Positions 52,900 through 64,000 of a stretch of DNA of 64,000 nt are shown one piece after another. Position 1 is the first letter of the stretch, and every line of letters starts with the position of its first letter. The stretch is from assembly GCF_009834535.1 (NCBI RefSeq), contig NC_045707.1, forward strand, positions 50,904,001-50,968,000, written 5' to 3'. The notes under the pieces were generated by a model, which did not search any database, had not been told where the DNA came from, and was given only the letters and a program-made list of their open reading frames with translations. Made by a program: the position numbers and the translations under genes. Origin of the DNA: Camelus ferus. Lineage: Eukaryota.

Positions 52900-53712
52900 T
52901 CAAGCCACCGTGCACATTCCTTACACTCTAAGCTCCAACCATCATGAACAACAGCATTTGCCTTCCCCTGAATAAGCCAAGCTCTCTCTCACCTCAGGGG
53001 CTTGGACATACATTCCTCTGCCAAGCAAGCACTCTACCTGGCTCTCATTTCTCCATACCCTCTACCAATCCCAGGAATGTCTGTATGTAAGCAGGTTCAG
53101 ATCAACTTAAATGTCACCTCTTTCAGGAAGCCTTTCTGTCCCCTGAAAGTCCCCTAGCAACCTGTGCTCCTCCCACAACATGTATTACACTGTACCGTTC
53201 TTACACTGAACTTTTGCTCACCCACTAGACCTCCAGTAACTTGACTACTTACTACATGTTTGGTTACTATGATGGTAAATTTATATGTTAACTTGGTGAG
53301 GCCACAGTGCCCAGATATTTGTTTTAACACTATTCTAGATGTTAAATCAACAGACTTTGAGTAAAACAGATTACTTCCATAATGTGAGTGGGCCTCTTCC
53401 AATCAGTTGAAGGTCTTAATAGAAAAAGATTGACCTCCTGGAGGAAGTGGGAATTCTGCCAGCAAATGGCCTTCATCCTGGAACTGCATCTCTTCCCTGG
53501 GTATCCAGCCTGCTGGCCTACCCTGTGGAGTTTGGACTTGGCAGCCACCATATTTACATGAGCCAATTTCTAAAAATCTCCCTTTCCCTCCTTTTCTCCC
53601 CTCTCTCCCTCTCTGGAGAATGCTGACTAATACAGTTACCACTGTATCTTTAGCACTGAGCACAGTACTTGGACTATAAAGCAGATTCAATAAAATTTGA
53701 TTAGGTTGAATC
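52900..53712 (+). mobile_element. LINE-2 3' end, split by MLT2
   Basis: cttaaatgtcacctctttcaggaagcctttct; tail gcacagtacttggactata...caataaaatttgattaggttgaat. Confidence 0.7.
53268..53634 (+). mobile_element. ERVL solo LTR (MLT2C/D-like)
   Basis: gatggtaaatttatatgttaacttgg...ccaatcagttgaaggtcttaatagaa...tgactaataca; perfect 5-bp TSD gttac (53263-53267, 53635-53639). Confidence 0.9.
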
Positions 53713-54772
53713 GATCTGACTTGCAGGAAAGAAAACTATTACAGACAGAATGTCAAGACTTCTCCCTTAAGAGTCAGAGGCCTGCACAGGCCAAACTGTA
53801 CACAGCAACTAAATTTGCTAACCTGAGAGTTCCCTTCTTGTGATCCAGTGCAAAGAATAGAGGAAATGAAGGATAATGCAATCCCCCATGGATTTGCATT
53901 TATTTTAGCCCATGGATTGCATGTATTAGGCACTCTGATGAAATCTACTTCTAGCAATCATAATGGTGCTTATCCAACAGTCTTAAATGCAAAACTCATA
54001 TAGTCTGGCAGAGAAAGGCAGGTACCTGGTCTCAGTGGGATTATCTCAGGTTTCTCAAGTCACTAGGAAGGAGATATGCTCAGAAAGAAAACTCAGCTTA
54101 TCTCCCAACATCTTCATCATGATAACTGAAAATCTACCACACAGGTTGGAATTTTAAGTATTTTAGACTTTGATAGACTTCTTAGATTTGACTACTCAGG
54201 TTCTTAAATGTCCAATGTGATGAGGAGGAGGTTATAAAAAATGACCTAGTAGAAGACTTTCTTACTAACCAGTCAAGTTAAACTCCTCATGGAGAACAGC
54301 CTAAGGATTTCCTAACCCCTGTTTCTTTAAATGAGACTGGTTTGTCCAGATTTTCACTAGTTTTGATACTCCATCTGCTTTTCTCCCAGAAAAAAGTCAA
54401 ATAATGCAAGCAAAAAAAAATCAAATCACCAACAAATAACAAACTGTTAATGTCAGGGAATAAGAGATGAAAGGAGAAGGGAAATGAAAAATTGAAAATC
54501 CATAAACCAGATAATTCATTCCAAATCCACAATCAGTATCATTTTTTTTTCTAATAAACAGTCCCTTGGTTATATAGTCTTTTTTATACTCTAGTCTCTT
54601 TAAATTTTTTATTCTACTTGCAAAATCATGATTTTTCTCCAAATTTTTTTGTTATTTTGAAAGGTTTTTCTAGAAGGTCTTATAAAAAAAGTAAATATAT
54701 TTATAGTTTTTCAAATAAATAAAAGCCATGGTGACATTTCCCATGTGCATGTATTTTTTATTGGAGATATGC

Positions 54773-55490
54773 TCTTTGGGGTTCTTGGACCCAGTTCCAA
54801 GGTGTGTGGGGAGTGGCTGCAGGGGAGAAGGTTCCCACACCAATAAGCAATTTTCCTCCACCAGCAGGATGTTCGAGAATTCAACTCAATTCTGATATTA
54901 TCTACCTGGAGATAGAGTGAGATTCCACAGGTTGAGAACTCAGTCCCACAAGACTGCACTCCCTCACCTCCACTTCAGACATCTATTGTCACCTGCGCTT
55001 CTGACTAACTGGCTACTGATTGGAGGTTTCCATAACCCCTTCCTTGGACTTCAGATGTCTGTGTTAAGTCCAGGTTGTTACCTTGCACCTCTGACCCACT
55101 GGCTATAAATAAGGGGCTCCCACAAACTCCTCCTTGGGTTTGATTAATTTGCTAAAATGACCCACAGAACTCAGAGAAACATTTTACTTACTTGATTACT
55201 GGTTCATTAAATATACTCGTGATTAAATCGTTGACTGTTGGAGATTGATTCAAACTCCAGCCCCCCTACTCTCCCCAGGGTCTTGGGGTAGGATTAAAGG
55301 TCCCAAACCTCTAATCACATGGTTGGTTCCCCTGGCAACCAGCTCCCATCACTAGGTGCACTCCAAAAGTCAGCTCTTTAACATAAGACATCTTTATCTC
55401 TTATCACTTACGAAATCCCAAGGGTTTTAGCTCTGTGCCAATGGGAGGAGGACCAAATATATATTTCTTATTATAAATCACAAGATGACA
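54773..55490 (-). mobile_element. MER21-family solo LTR with internal duplication and deletion
   Basis: Reverse-complement similarity to the 9158-10080 LTR (ttggttcccctggcaaccagc; ctcagtcccacaagac); perfect 5-bp TSD tatgc (54768-54772, 55491-55495). Confidence 0.85.
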
Positions 55491-56679
55491 TATGCTAAAG
55501 CACATTTTGAACATGATTTGCATTGAGTGTCAAAAAAAAAAAAAAATAGGTCAGTCTCCCCAGTGTTATGTAATGTCCCAAACCAGTTAACCATGTGTTG
55601 TCCAATAAACAAACAGAAAAGTTTATTTGAAAATTAAAAAAAAAAACAAGTAGGGCATTCTGTAGTAACTTTAACTTCCCAAGCATTCCTCAGCTTCACA
55701 GTTATTTATAGATCTTTTCCCAGAAAAACTTGTAGTTTAAGTGGATAAAGTTTAAAGCTATGGGAAGTGGCTTCACTGTGAGGTTTTTTTCTTTTCTTTC
55801 CTCATTCATTTGAATTAAAAAGGGTTATGGATAAAATAATGCAGATCACATTTGAGTGGGAAGCTGTAATCCTCACTGATTAAGGACAGAAATAATAAGT
55901 TTTACACAGCACTTTACAACCTAAATTATGCTTTCGCATGTGTTACCACAATCATGCTCAGAATCAGTGCCAATATTTAGTGATGATCAAGAAAAGAAAG
56001 AAATCTGCTGTATTAAAACAAATTCCCAATCCACAAAGATCTGGGCAAAGAAGAGCTCAGAAAAACCTTCTAATGGGAAGACATAATCATAAAATGCTCC
56101 CTTCTTTCCCCTTAAGAATGCTTTCTTGGTTTGTTTCAGTAGGACTCTTATCTGGCTCTCAAGACAGGAGGTAGACAGATTACATATAAATCCCTAAGAG
56201 TATCCTTCTGTGTCCTTATGGCCTTCATTTTGGCATGGCTAAACTGGAATAACCTTGTCAGGAGGAGTACCACAGTTAAACTCTAAAGAAAAATACAGAT
56301 CCGGCATCAATGCCATCACATTTCACAGCACATTTCCAAATCTATACATGGTGCCAAAAGATTGAAAGCAAACAACATAACAAAACCCAAAATGAACTTT
56401 ACAGGGCTCCTGACCCTAACAACAGCCACCCACTGGCTTCTAACGTGTCAATAAACATTTGCAAGAGTCACTGCTGTTATTCTCCCCTATTCAGCCACTT
56501 GTCTCCTTAAGATTTTCTGATTTGGCCTGTACCTCTATCTCTGGTCTTATCCTGAGGAATGCTTCTCACTCTGTTTTGGTGCCATGGGTCATCTTGCTCC
56601 AAGGTTCGGAAAAGGATCATTTGAGATGGTCTTTCCTCTCTTCCCATCACATTCTGGTCTAATTCATCCCCACTTATAC

Positions 56680-56990
56680 TTTAGCTATGAGCCCAAATGC
56701 CCAATCCCTTAGGGAGAACTTTCTTTATACTCCCAACCCCCAGCCTAAGCCTATCTCTTCTGTACAACTCTCATAAGCCAGACACATTTTCACCTTAAAA
56801 GCTCTAATTATATGTTTACTGGTGGACTATTTAATGAATTTTCCTTCACTAAACTGTATGATCCATGAAGAGAATGATGATGTTTATTTTCACATGACTA
56901 TATCTATAAAACCTAGAGAGTATATGTTAAGTGAATGAATAGGTAGATGGTTGGAAGGATGGAGAGATGAATGGATGGATAAATAGAGGA
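56680..56990 (+). mobile_element. LINE-2 3' end with (TGAA/TGGA)n tail
   Basis: cactaaactgtatgatccatgaagagaa...gtgaatgaataggtagatgg...atgaatggatggat. Confidence 0.6.
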
Positions 56991-57064
56991 GGCTGAATGC
57001 TTTCTCCTAGTAGATACATTCTCTAATCCCAACTATATGAGGGTATAATGATACCATAGAATTA

Positions 57065-57362
57065 ATTACCCAATAGAAATGTGAGCCAAGTAGGTCATTT
57101 TAAACTTCCTCATAGCACATTTTAAAAAAAAAGAGAAGGAAGTACAATTTTAATATTGTATTTAATTAAAAATGTACACAAAATATTATAATTTCATCAT
57201 GCACTCAATATAAAATAATTAAAAATTTTACTTAAAAAATAATAAATCCTCAAAATCCTATGTAGATTTCATAATTCCAGCACATCTCAATTTGGACCAG
57301 CAGCATTTCAAGTTCTCAAAAGTCATATGATCTCGCAAAGTCTACAAAGTCAGTGAAGCAGG
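57065..57362. mobile_element. MER33-like hAT-Charlie element
   Basis: ccaatagaaatgtgagcca...ttttaaactt...cagcacatctcaatttggaccagcagcatttcaagttctcaa. Confidence 0.75.
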
Positions 57363-57499
57363 TCTGGCAGAAGTTTGTGTGTGTGAGTAAAGATCATGGA
57401 GGGAAAGGCAGAGTTCATTTGAGGCAAGAGAGCTGAGAAGACGCTGGTTCAAAATAAATGATTTGTGTGAGAGAGAAGGAAGTATTTTGAGAATAGATG

Positions 57500-57850
57500 G
57501 TTTTAGTCTGTTCTGGCTGCTGTAACAGAAATATTACAGACTGGGTGGCTTATAAACAACAGAAATATATTTCTTACAGTTCTAGAGGCTGGGACGCTCC
57601 AGTAGGTCCAGGGTCTGGTAAGAGCCCACTTCCTGGTTCATAGATGGCATCTTCTCGCTAGAACCTCCCACAGCAGAAGGAGCAAGGGATCTCTCTGGGG
57701 TCTCTTTTATTAGAGCACTAATCCCATTTATGAAGGCTCTACCCTCATGACCTAAGTACCTCCCCAAGGCCCCACCTCCTAATACCACCACATTAGGCTT
57801 TATATTTCAATATATGAATTTGGGTGGCATATAAATATTTTTCTACAGCA
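57500..57850 (-). mobile_element. MaLR solo LTR (MLT1A-like)
   Basis: ggctgctgtaacagaaatattacagactgggtggcttataaacaacagaaa...gcactaatcccatttatgaaggctctaccctcatgacc; TSD agatg/agatg. Confidence 0.88.
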
Positions 57851-58311
57851 AGATGACTATGTCTGCTTACTTTATTGTCTGGCCTTGATCTTCCCATCTT
57901 TTCCTATAAAGCTCTCGGGATGGGAAGCTCTCATACAAAATAAAATCATTTCTCACTAAAATCTCCTCAAGATAATGAAAACAGGAAACAGTTGAGAGAG
58001 GGCCACCTGAGTAGGGGTAGAGAAGGGGACCAGTGGGAGGTGGGCAGTAGTGATAGCACAGACTAGGAGCAGAAGGGAAGGAGGAAGATAGGGTGGCATC
58101 CTTATGATGGCCCAGAAGACCATGTCCCTGAGCTAATGCAAGCCTCCCTACAGACATTCTAAATCAGCTGAGAGGAATCTGACCATAGTTAGAGAGCCCT
58201 AAATTTTCTTGCTGCAGTCTGAGTTAGGCATACCGTATGTCAATATTATTTTCCCACTAAGATAATGTGCTACATGAAAAGTGTGGTGTGGAGAAAATTC
58301 ATCTATTTTAG

Positions 58312-59261
58312 AACCAACCCAATCAAAAAAAAAAAATGGGCAGGAGTCCTAAACAGACATTTCTCCAATGAAGACATACAGATGGCTAATAGGTACATGA
58401 AAAGATGCTCAATATTGCTAGTCATTAGAGAAATGCGAATCAAAACTACAATGATGTGTGACCTCACACCAGTCAGAATGGCCATCATTAAGAAGTCCAC
58501 AAACAATAAATGCTGGAGAGGGTGTGGAGAAAAGGGAACCCTTTTGGTCAAAATGTAATTTGGTGCAGTCGTTATGGAGAACAGTATGGAGGTTCCTTAA
58601 AAAGCTAAAAATAGAGTTACCATATGATCCAGCAATCCCACTCCTGGGCATATATCCAGACGGAACTCTAATTAGAAAAGATACATGCACCCCAATGTTC
58701 ACAGCAGCAGTATTTACAATAGTCAAGACATGAAAAAATCCAAATGCCCATTGACAGATTACTGGATAAATAAGTTGTGGTATATTTATACAATGGAATA
58801 CTACTCGGCCTATAAAAAATAATAAAATAATGCCATTTGCAGCAACATGGATGGACCTGGAGATTGTCATTCTAAGTGAAGTAAGCCAGAAAGAGAAAGA
58901 AAAATACCATATGATAATCACTTATATGTGGAATTTAAAAACAAAGACAAATGAACTTATTTACAAAACAGAAACAGACTCACAGACATAGAAAACAAAC
59001 TTATGGTTACCGGGGGGCAAGGGGATGGAAAGGGATAAATTGGGAGTTCGAGATTTGCAGTTATCAACTACTATATATAAAATAGATAAACAAGTTTATA
59101 CTGTATAGCACAAGGAACTATATTCAATATCTTGTAGTAACCTATAATCAAAAAGAATACAAAAACAAATATATATATGTATATGTGTGACTCAACTATT
59201 ATGCAGTATACCAGAAAGTGACATAACACTGTAAAATGACTGTACTTCAATTAAAAAAATA
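58312..59261 (+). mobile_element. Young 5'-truncated LINE-1 (same family type as 14032-15055)
   Basis: ORF2 C-terminus ([23 protein letters not shown]); 3' UTR tgggagttcgagatttgcag...gactgtacttcaattaaaaaaa. Confidence 0.93.
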
Positions 59262-59914
59262 AAACCTGGACATGGATGTTTATAGGTGCTTCATTCATTA
59301 ATTGTTAAAACTTAGAAGCAACTAAGACGCCACCGAGTAGGTAAATGGATAAATAAACTGTGGTACATCCAGACAATGGAATATTACTCAGTGCTAAAGA
59401 GAAATGATTTATCAAGCTAGGAAAAGACATGGAGGAAACTAAAATGTGTATTACTAGGTGAAAGAAGCCAATCTGAAAAGGCTATGTGATTACAACTATA
59501 TGATATTCAGGGAAAGGCAAAACTATGGAGACAGTAAAAAAAAAAAAGATCAGTGGTTTCCAGGGAGGGGGAGAGGTGAACAGGTGGAGCACAAAAGAAT
59601 TTTAGGTCAGTGAAAATACTCTGTATGATACTGTAATTGTGGATGTATGTCATTATTCATTTGTCCAAACCCATAGAATATACAACACCAAGCATAAACC
59701 CTACTGTAAACTAGAGACTACGGATGATAATGGTGTGTCAATGTAGGTTCATCAGCTGTAGCAAATGCACCACTTGGTGAGGTATGTTGATAACGGAAAG
59801 ACTATGTATGTGTGGTGGCAGGGACTATAGGAGAAATCTCTGTATCTTCCTCTCAATTTTGCTGTGAACTTAAAACTGCTCTGAAAAAAATAAAGTCTTT
59901 CCAGAAAAAAAAAA
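59262..59914 (+). mobile_element. L1MC1-like 3' end
   Basis: gaaagaagccaatctgaaaaggcta, tttgtccaaacccatagaat, gtcaatgtaggttcatc, caattttgctgtgaacttaaaactgctct. Confidence 0.85.
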
Positions 59915-61897
59915 GTCTTGCAGATTCAATGAGACAATTGATATAAAGCAAAATGTCTATACAGAGTAGGCAGTATAAATATTAGTCCCTTCTTAGTCTT
60001 CAGAGGTCCCACTAAATAGAAGAATTTGTGCATTCTTAAGTTTTCCTCATGCTCTCTAACTCAGGGGAAAATGACATCTATTTTAATTTCACTCCAACTA
60101 TCTTCAAGCATTAATTGAGGTATAATAGCAGCTAGGACTGCTAGGATAAATCTAAACCAAACAACTCAAGTATGTGATGTAAATTCCAATACAATAATGA
60201 CTTGCATCTACTTCAAAAGAACATGTTCTAGTTGCTGGGATAAAAACATATGTATATTCAGATATCCTGATGTTGTATTATGTTTTTTCAATGACTCTAG
60301 AAAAACCTCTTTTTGTCTTCTATGCCTTTTAAAAATCTTTTTACACATACAAGCAAACTCATAATTTTCTTCCTGAGAAAAAGAATGAGATAAGGATAGA
60401 GGGAAGAAAAGCACAAAGAAAGAAGAGGAGGAGAAGAAAACTGATGTTTATTGAGTGTCTTTTATGTAATAAGTACTGCATTTGAAATGAAGCATTTGAG
60501 CAGCAATGATTATATAAAAATCAAATACATGTAACATCAAGGATATTAGTTTGTATCTGCTCTTAGGAGTTAAAAAAAGACAGAAATGGCTCAAAACCCT
60601 TAAAACAAGCAAACTCTTCTAGTTCTAAATATTTAAAGAAATATTTTTACCCTTATTCCCAAGGGTCTGTTATTTTTAACTTTCCCATACTAGCAGTCTT
60701 TAAAAAAAGATTTCTCTTTATTGGTATTAAACACTTCTGAAAGAAATGTTAAAACTATTGCCCATGAGGTAGTTAAGCAGAAAGGAGAAAATCTCATTCA
60801 TCTTAAACCACAGAATAAACTTTTCAGCTCACATCTGCCTACTTCTATCACCAAAAACTCAAGACAAAAACCTCATGGTTTTTATTTCAGCAGGATATTT
60901 TTCTCAAGAAAAATTTTAGAATCCCTTGGCTGGACTTTTTGTCCAAGACTGGATGTCCATGAGAATTAATTCCTAATGTCCTAAGATTTCCATCACGTGC
61001 AATAAATCAGCTCACCTTTTATGCATTTAGGATTGCACTAATTATGTACTACACATGTGAGAGTTGAAAATAGGGACTCTCATCTGGTATTCAATTCTCT
61101 TAATACAGAGTTCATATAAACTGATGACGTAGAAATCTAAAACATTTACTGTACAATTGGAAGCCCTTTTTTCTAGCAAAAGGCACTGATCCATAGGAGA
61201 AAACAAAATACTAATTTAAAAATTGCTGAGAAAGCAATTTCAATGGCTTTTAGAAAAAATACAAGAATATATCATTATATTACTGGATTTTTTCTTTCTT
61301 AAAGCAATCCTCAATAATAGTGAAACCAAATAATACATAAGAAGCAAATAATGAATAAGGAACAACACAGCAAACACCAGTTTCAGTATAATGCTGACTG
61401 AAGAGAGAAAAAAAGAGAAAACAGAAAAAAAAACTCAACAAATTCCTATGTATCTGAGCTCCAGTTCCCACCTACTCTCCATACTATTAGGCAAAATTGT
61501 CACCCACCTAAGCACAAAGTTCATAAAAGGGTAGCCTAACCCTCTATTGAGGGTAATATTCTATTCACACTTTCATTTCCAAGAGTCATCTCTCAGAAAC
61601 CTTATTCTGGTAACCTGCTACACTTGACACAGCATAAAATCAACGCTCAAGTTCTACCTACATCCATTATTAAAGAAAAAGCAATTAGCAATTTACTGAA
61701 AATAAGTAATTGGGAAGAGAGCATTGTAGTACTGGTAGCTCTGTGAATAAGGGCATGACACCATAAGAGTGCAAAAATATACTTCAGTGAAATTAAATAC
61801 AGAGGTAGTTTTGCTGGGTGAGGACAAAGAACCAAATACTTGTTGAGTAGATGAAGAAGAGAATGTGAGTATCTTACCTTGAGCACAATTATGGGTA

Positions 61898-62378
61898 TAT
61901 GGTAGGCAGACTGATAGTTTTCTTTCCAAATCTATTCTCTCCTCTTTCATTGGCAGATGACCAGCCAGCTAGCTAGGCTGAACTTCTCAGCTCCCCATGC
62001 ACCTAGGTGTGGCCACATAACTAAGTTCTCACTAATGGAATGTAGGTGGATGTAATGTGTGCAATATTGGCATCACTTTATTAGAAGGAAACTGCTAGTC
62101 TGGATTTACTAATTTTGTCCTCACACATTTCTAGTGGTCTCAAATGTGAACATGGTGCCAAGTCACCCTTTGACCATGCAGTTGAGGACATGCCTTAGAG
62201 GATGAGAGTTAAGAAGATGAAAGAAAACTCGGTGCTCGAGCAATTTTGTAAAAAAAAGTAGCTGCCCTACCTACCTGTGCCTGTTGGATTATTACAAGAG
62301 AGAAATAATCTCTTTCATTAAGCCACTGAACTTTGGGGTATCTTTGTTACAGCATCTTAGCTTTTACTCTGACTTTAA
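61898..62378 (+). mobile_element. MaLR LTR (MLT1J-like)
   Basis: taggtgtggccacataactaagttctcactaatggaatgt...ttaagccactg...tttgttacagca. Confidence 0.75.
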
Positions 62379-62379
62379 A

Positions 62380-62745
62380 GGCAATTGGAATCTACCAAGA
62401 ACTTAAGCAAAGTAAAGAACATGATCACATATGTTTTAGAAGAGTATTGTGAGTAACCACAGGGAGGGTGACTTAGAGGGCATAAAGCCTAAAACTAGGG
62501 AACCACTTAGGAAAACCACACCTGATGATTACATCTCCTAAATATTTCAGAACCTGTAAATTCTGTTGCTACTTCCACTATGCAACTTCCTCATCATCAA
62601 TTACCTGGAAGATCTCAATCACCTTCTGATTCTTTTCTTTGTATTCTTGTCCCCCTCAGATCTGTCTTTAACACAGCTGCAGATTTTTATCTAAAATACA
62701 ATATGATCATCTTTTTCTGATTAAAATTCCTAGTTCCTACAGTTT
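62380..62745. mobile_element. LINE-2 fragments in both orientations
   Basis: ttaagcaaagtaaagaacatgatcacat (antisense); tttatctaaaatacaatatgatcat...ttaaaattcct (sense). Confidence 0.45.
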
Positions 62746-62757
62746 AATCACCTATAA

Positions 62758-64000
62758 AAGTGGTTTTCAAATGTTTTTTTGTTTATTTACCTCCTTGAAG
62801 AATTTTGAAGAGCTTTGTAAACCTTATTAATTTAAAAGCTTACCTCTAAAAATTTTTTATCGTTTGAACGGTTGCAAGGATATAATTTCCAAAATATTGC
62901 AAATACTGATGCTAATTAAAACTGACATCACTCATTTAAAAATATCAATAGAATCTAAACAGCATAGTGATTTTAAACCAAGATTCATCTATGAAAAATT
63001 CATAAACAAACCTTTATTTGAGTAAGAAATTTTACATAATTGTTTTTGCTCTTTAAACTCTTCTATTTGATTTCTGCATGAGATTTTAGCCTTATAAAAA
63101 TATATTTTTATCTCAAGAGCTTTTTGATTATCTCAAGGTTCTCCTCTGCAACAAAAAAATTATATGAGTTGATGTTTTTTATTCCCGTGATCAAAAGGCC
63201 TATGTGTTAAAATTTCTTCAGGATTTAGTTACCGTAAACAGTCAAAGATAAATTTTTCTAATTTTAAAACATACAGTAAACATTAACGAATGTATTTATG
63301 AGATAGATAAAGTTGCTTTTTATCAATTATATGCTTGATGGTAATATTCAACTTATTGTTAGTATTAGATACAATTCAAATCTAGTTATATTTTTCATTT
63401 TTATTGATACACACCCTGAGAAACATTGCTCACAAGAATAAATAAGAATGGAAGAAATCTTGAAGTAATTTCACTCGATTATTTGAAATACTTCCAAATA
63501 ACATGCAAAAATCACATGCCAATATATTATCAAAAATAAAAAGTAACATTTGACAATTCACTTATTTCTTTATTAATTTCATTGAAAGACAAAAATTTAA
63601 ACCATTTGACATTCAACAGGATTTTTTTAATCCAGTTATTAAAATTACTCTATTTCTTGGTTTTGGGAAAGTCTACCAAAAAGACTTTACAAAACTTTTC
63701 AAATAACTATTAATTACCCATCATGCTTTCACTAAAAGGCAACTTGCTTAACTTAGTATACACAGAAACAGTAGTATATATCTAAGTATTACTAATATAA
63801 ATATATATTTGCCAAAACTACATGATTTAATCACAATTTTAAGTTTGATTTTTGTCAAAACATTGTAACTATAGATCTAGCTTACTGAAAATGATTACCA
63901 TATAACTAAATTGGTAAAACCAATTCTAATGGTCAAGGTACTCAACCAATTCAGACGTACTTTTTCCAGAAAATATCTCACTTCATTTTCTAATACAGTG
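62758..64000 (-). mobile_element. hAT-Charlie DNA transposon remnant with decayed transposase C-terminus, running to the window edge
   Basis: Charlie-like terminus agtggttttcaaa; minus strand ~63375-63460 reads FLPF/(frameshift)YSCEQCFSGCVSIKMKNITRFE, like the hAT dimerisation motif LPF.STYLCE.GFS....KTK.R.RL. Confidence 0.75.

Noticed and set aside
58418..58921. Longest ORF in the track (167 aa, minus strand)
   Set aside because: Antisense reading of an L1 3' end, a common artefact
1..64000. CRISPR arrays, prokaryotic operons, tRNA/rRNA genes, NUMTs
   Set aside because: No repeat-spacer arrays, dense ORFs, or RNA-gene or mitochondrial signatures seen; the content is mammalian repeat-rich DNA

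Overview
AT-rich mammalian genomic DNA, either intronic or intergenic. I recognise no protein-coding gene, RNA gene, CRISPR array or prokaryotic system. The ORFs with recognisable similarity are decayed LINE-1 ORF2 pieces; the rest look like chance ORFs. Much of the window is interspersed repeat: several LINE-1 copies of different ages, L2 and MIR relics, MaLR/ERVL/ERV1-type solo LTRs (several with readable target-site duplications), and hAT-Charlie DNA transposons, including a transposase remnant at the right end. The 3' ends of the two youngest L1s look cetartiodactyl. I saw no ruminant, pig or cetacean SINEs, which points tentatively to a camelid genome. The most unusual structure is a ~5 kb L1 whose ORF1 is replaced by a ~220 bp antisense, A-tailed, exon-like non-L1 fragment. 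Other oddities are a young solo LTR with a duplicated 5' terminus and an apparently destroyed polyA signal, a nested-hairpin insertion, and a few CpG-retaining unique segments that may be regulatory or exonic. Repeat family names come from my recollection of consensus sequences, not from a database search, and most boundaries are approximate.
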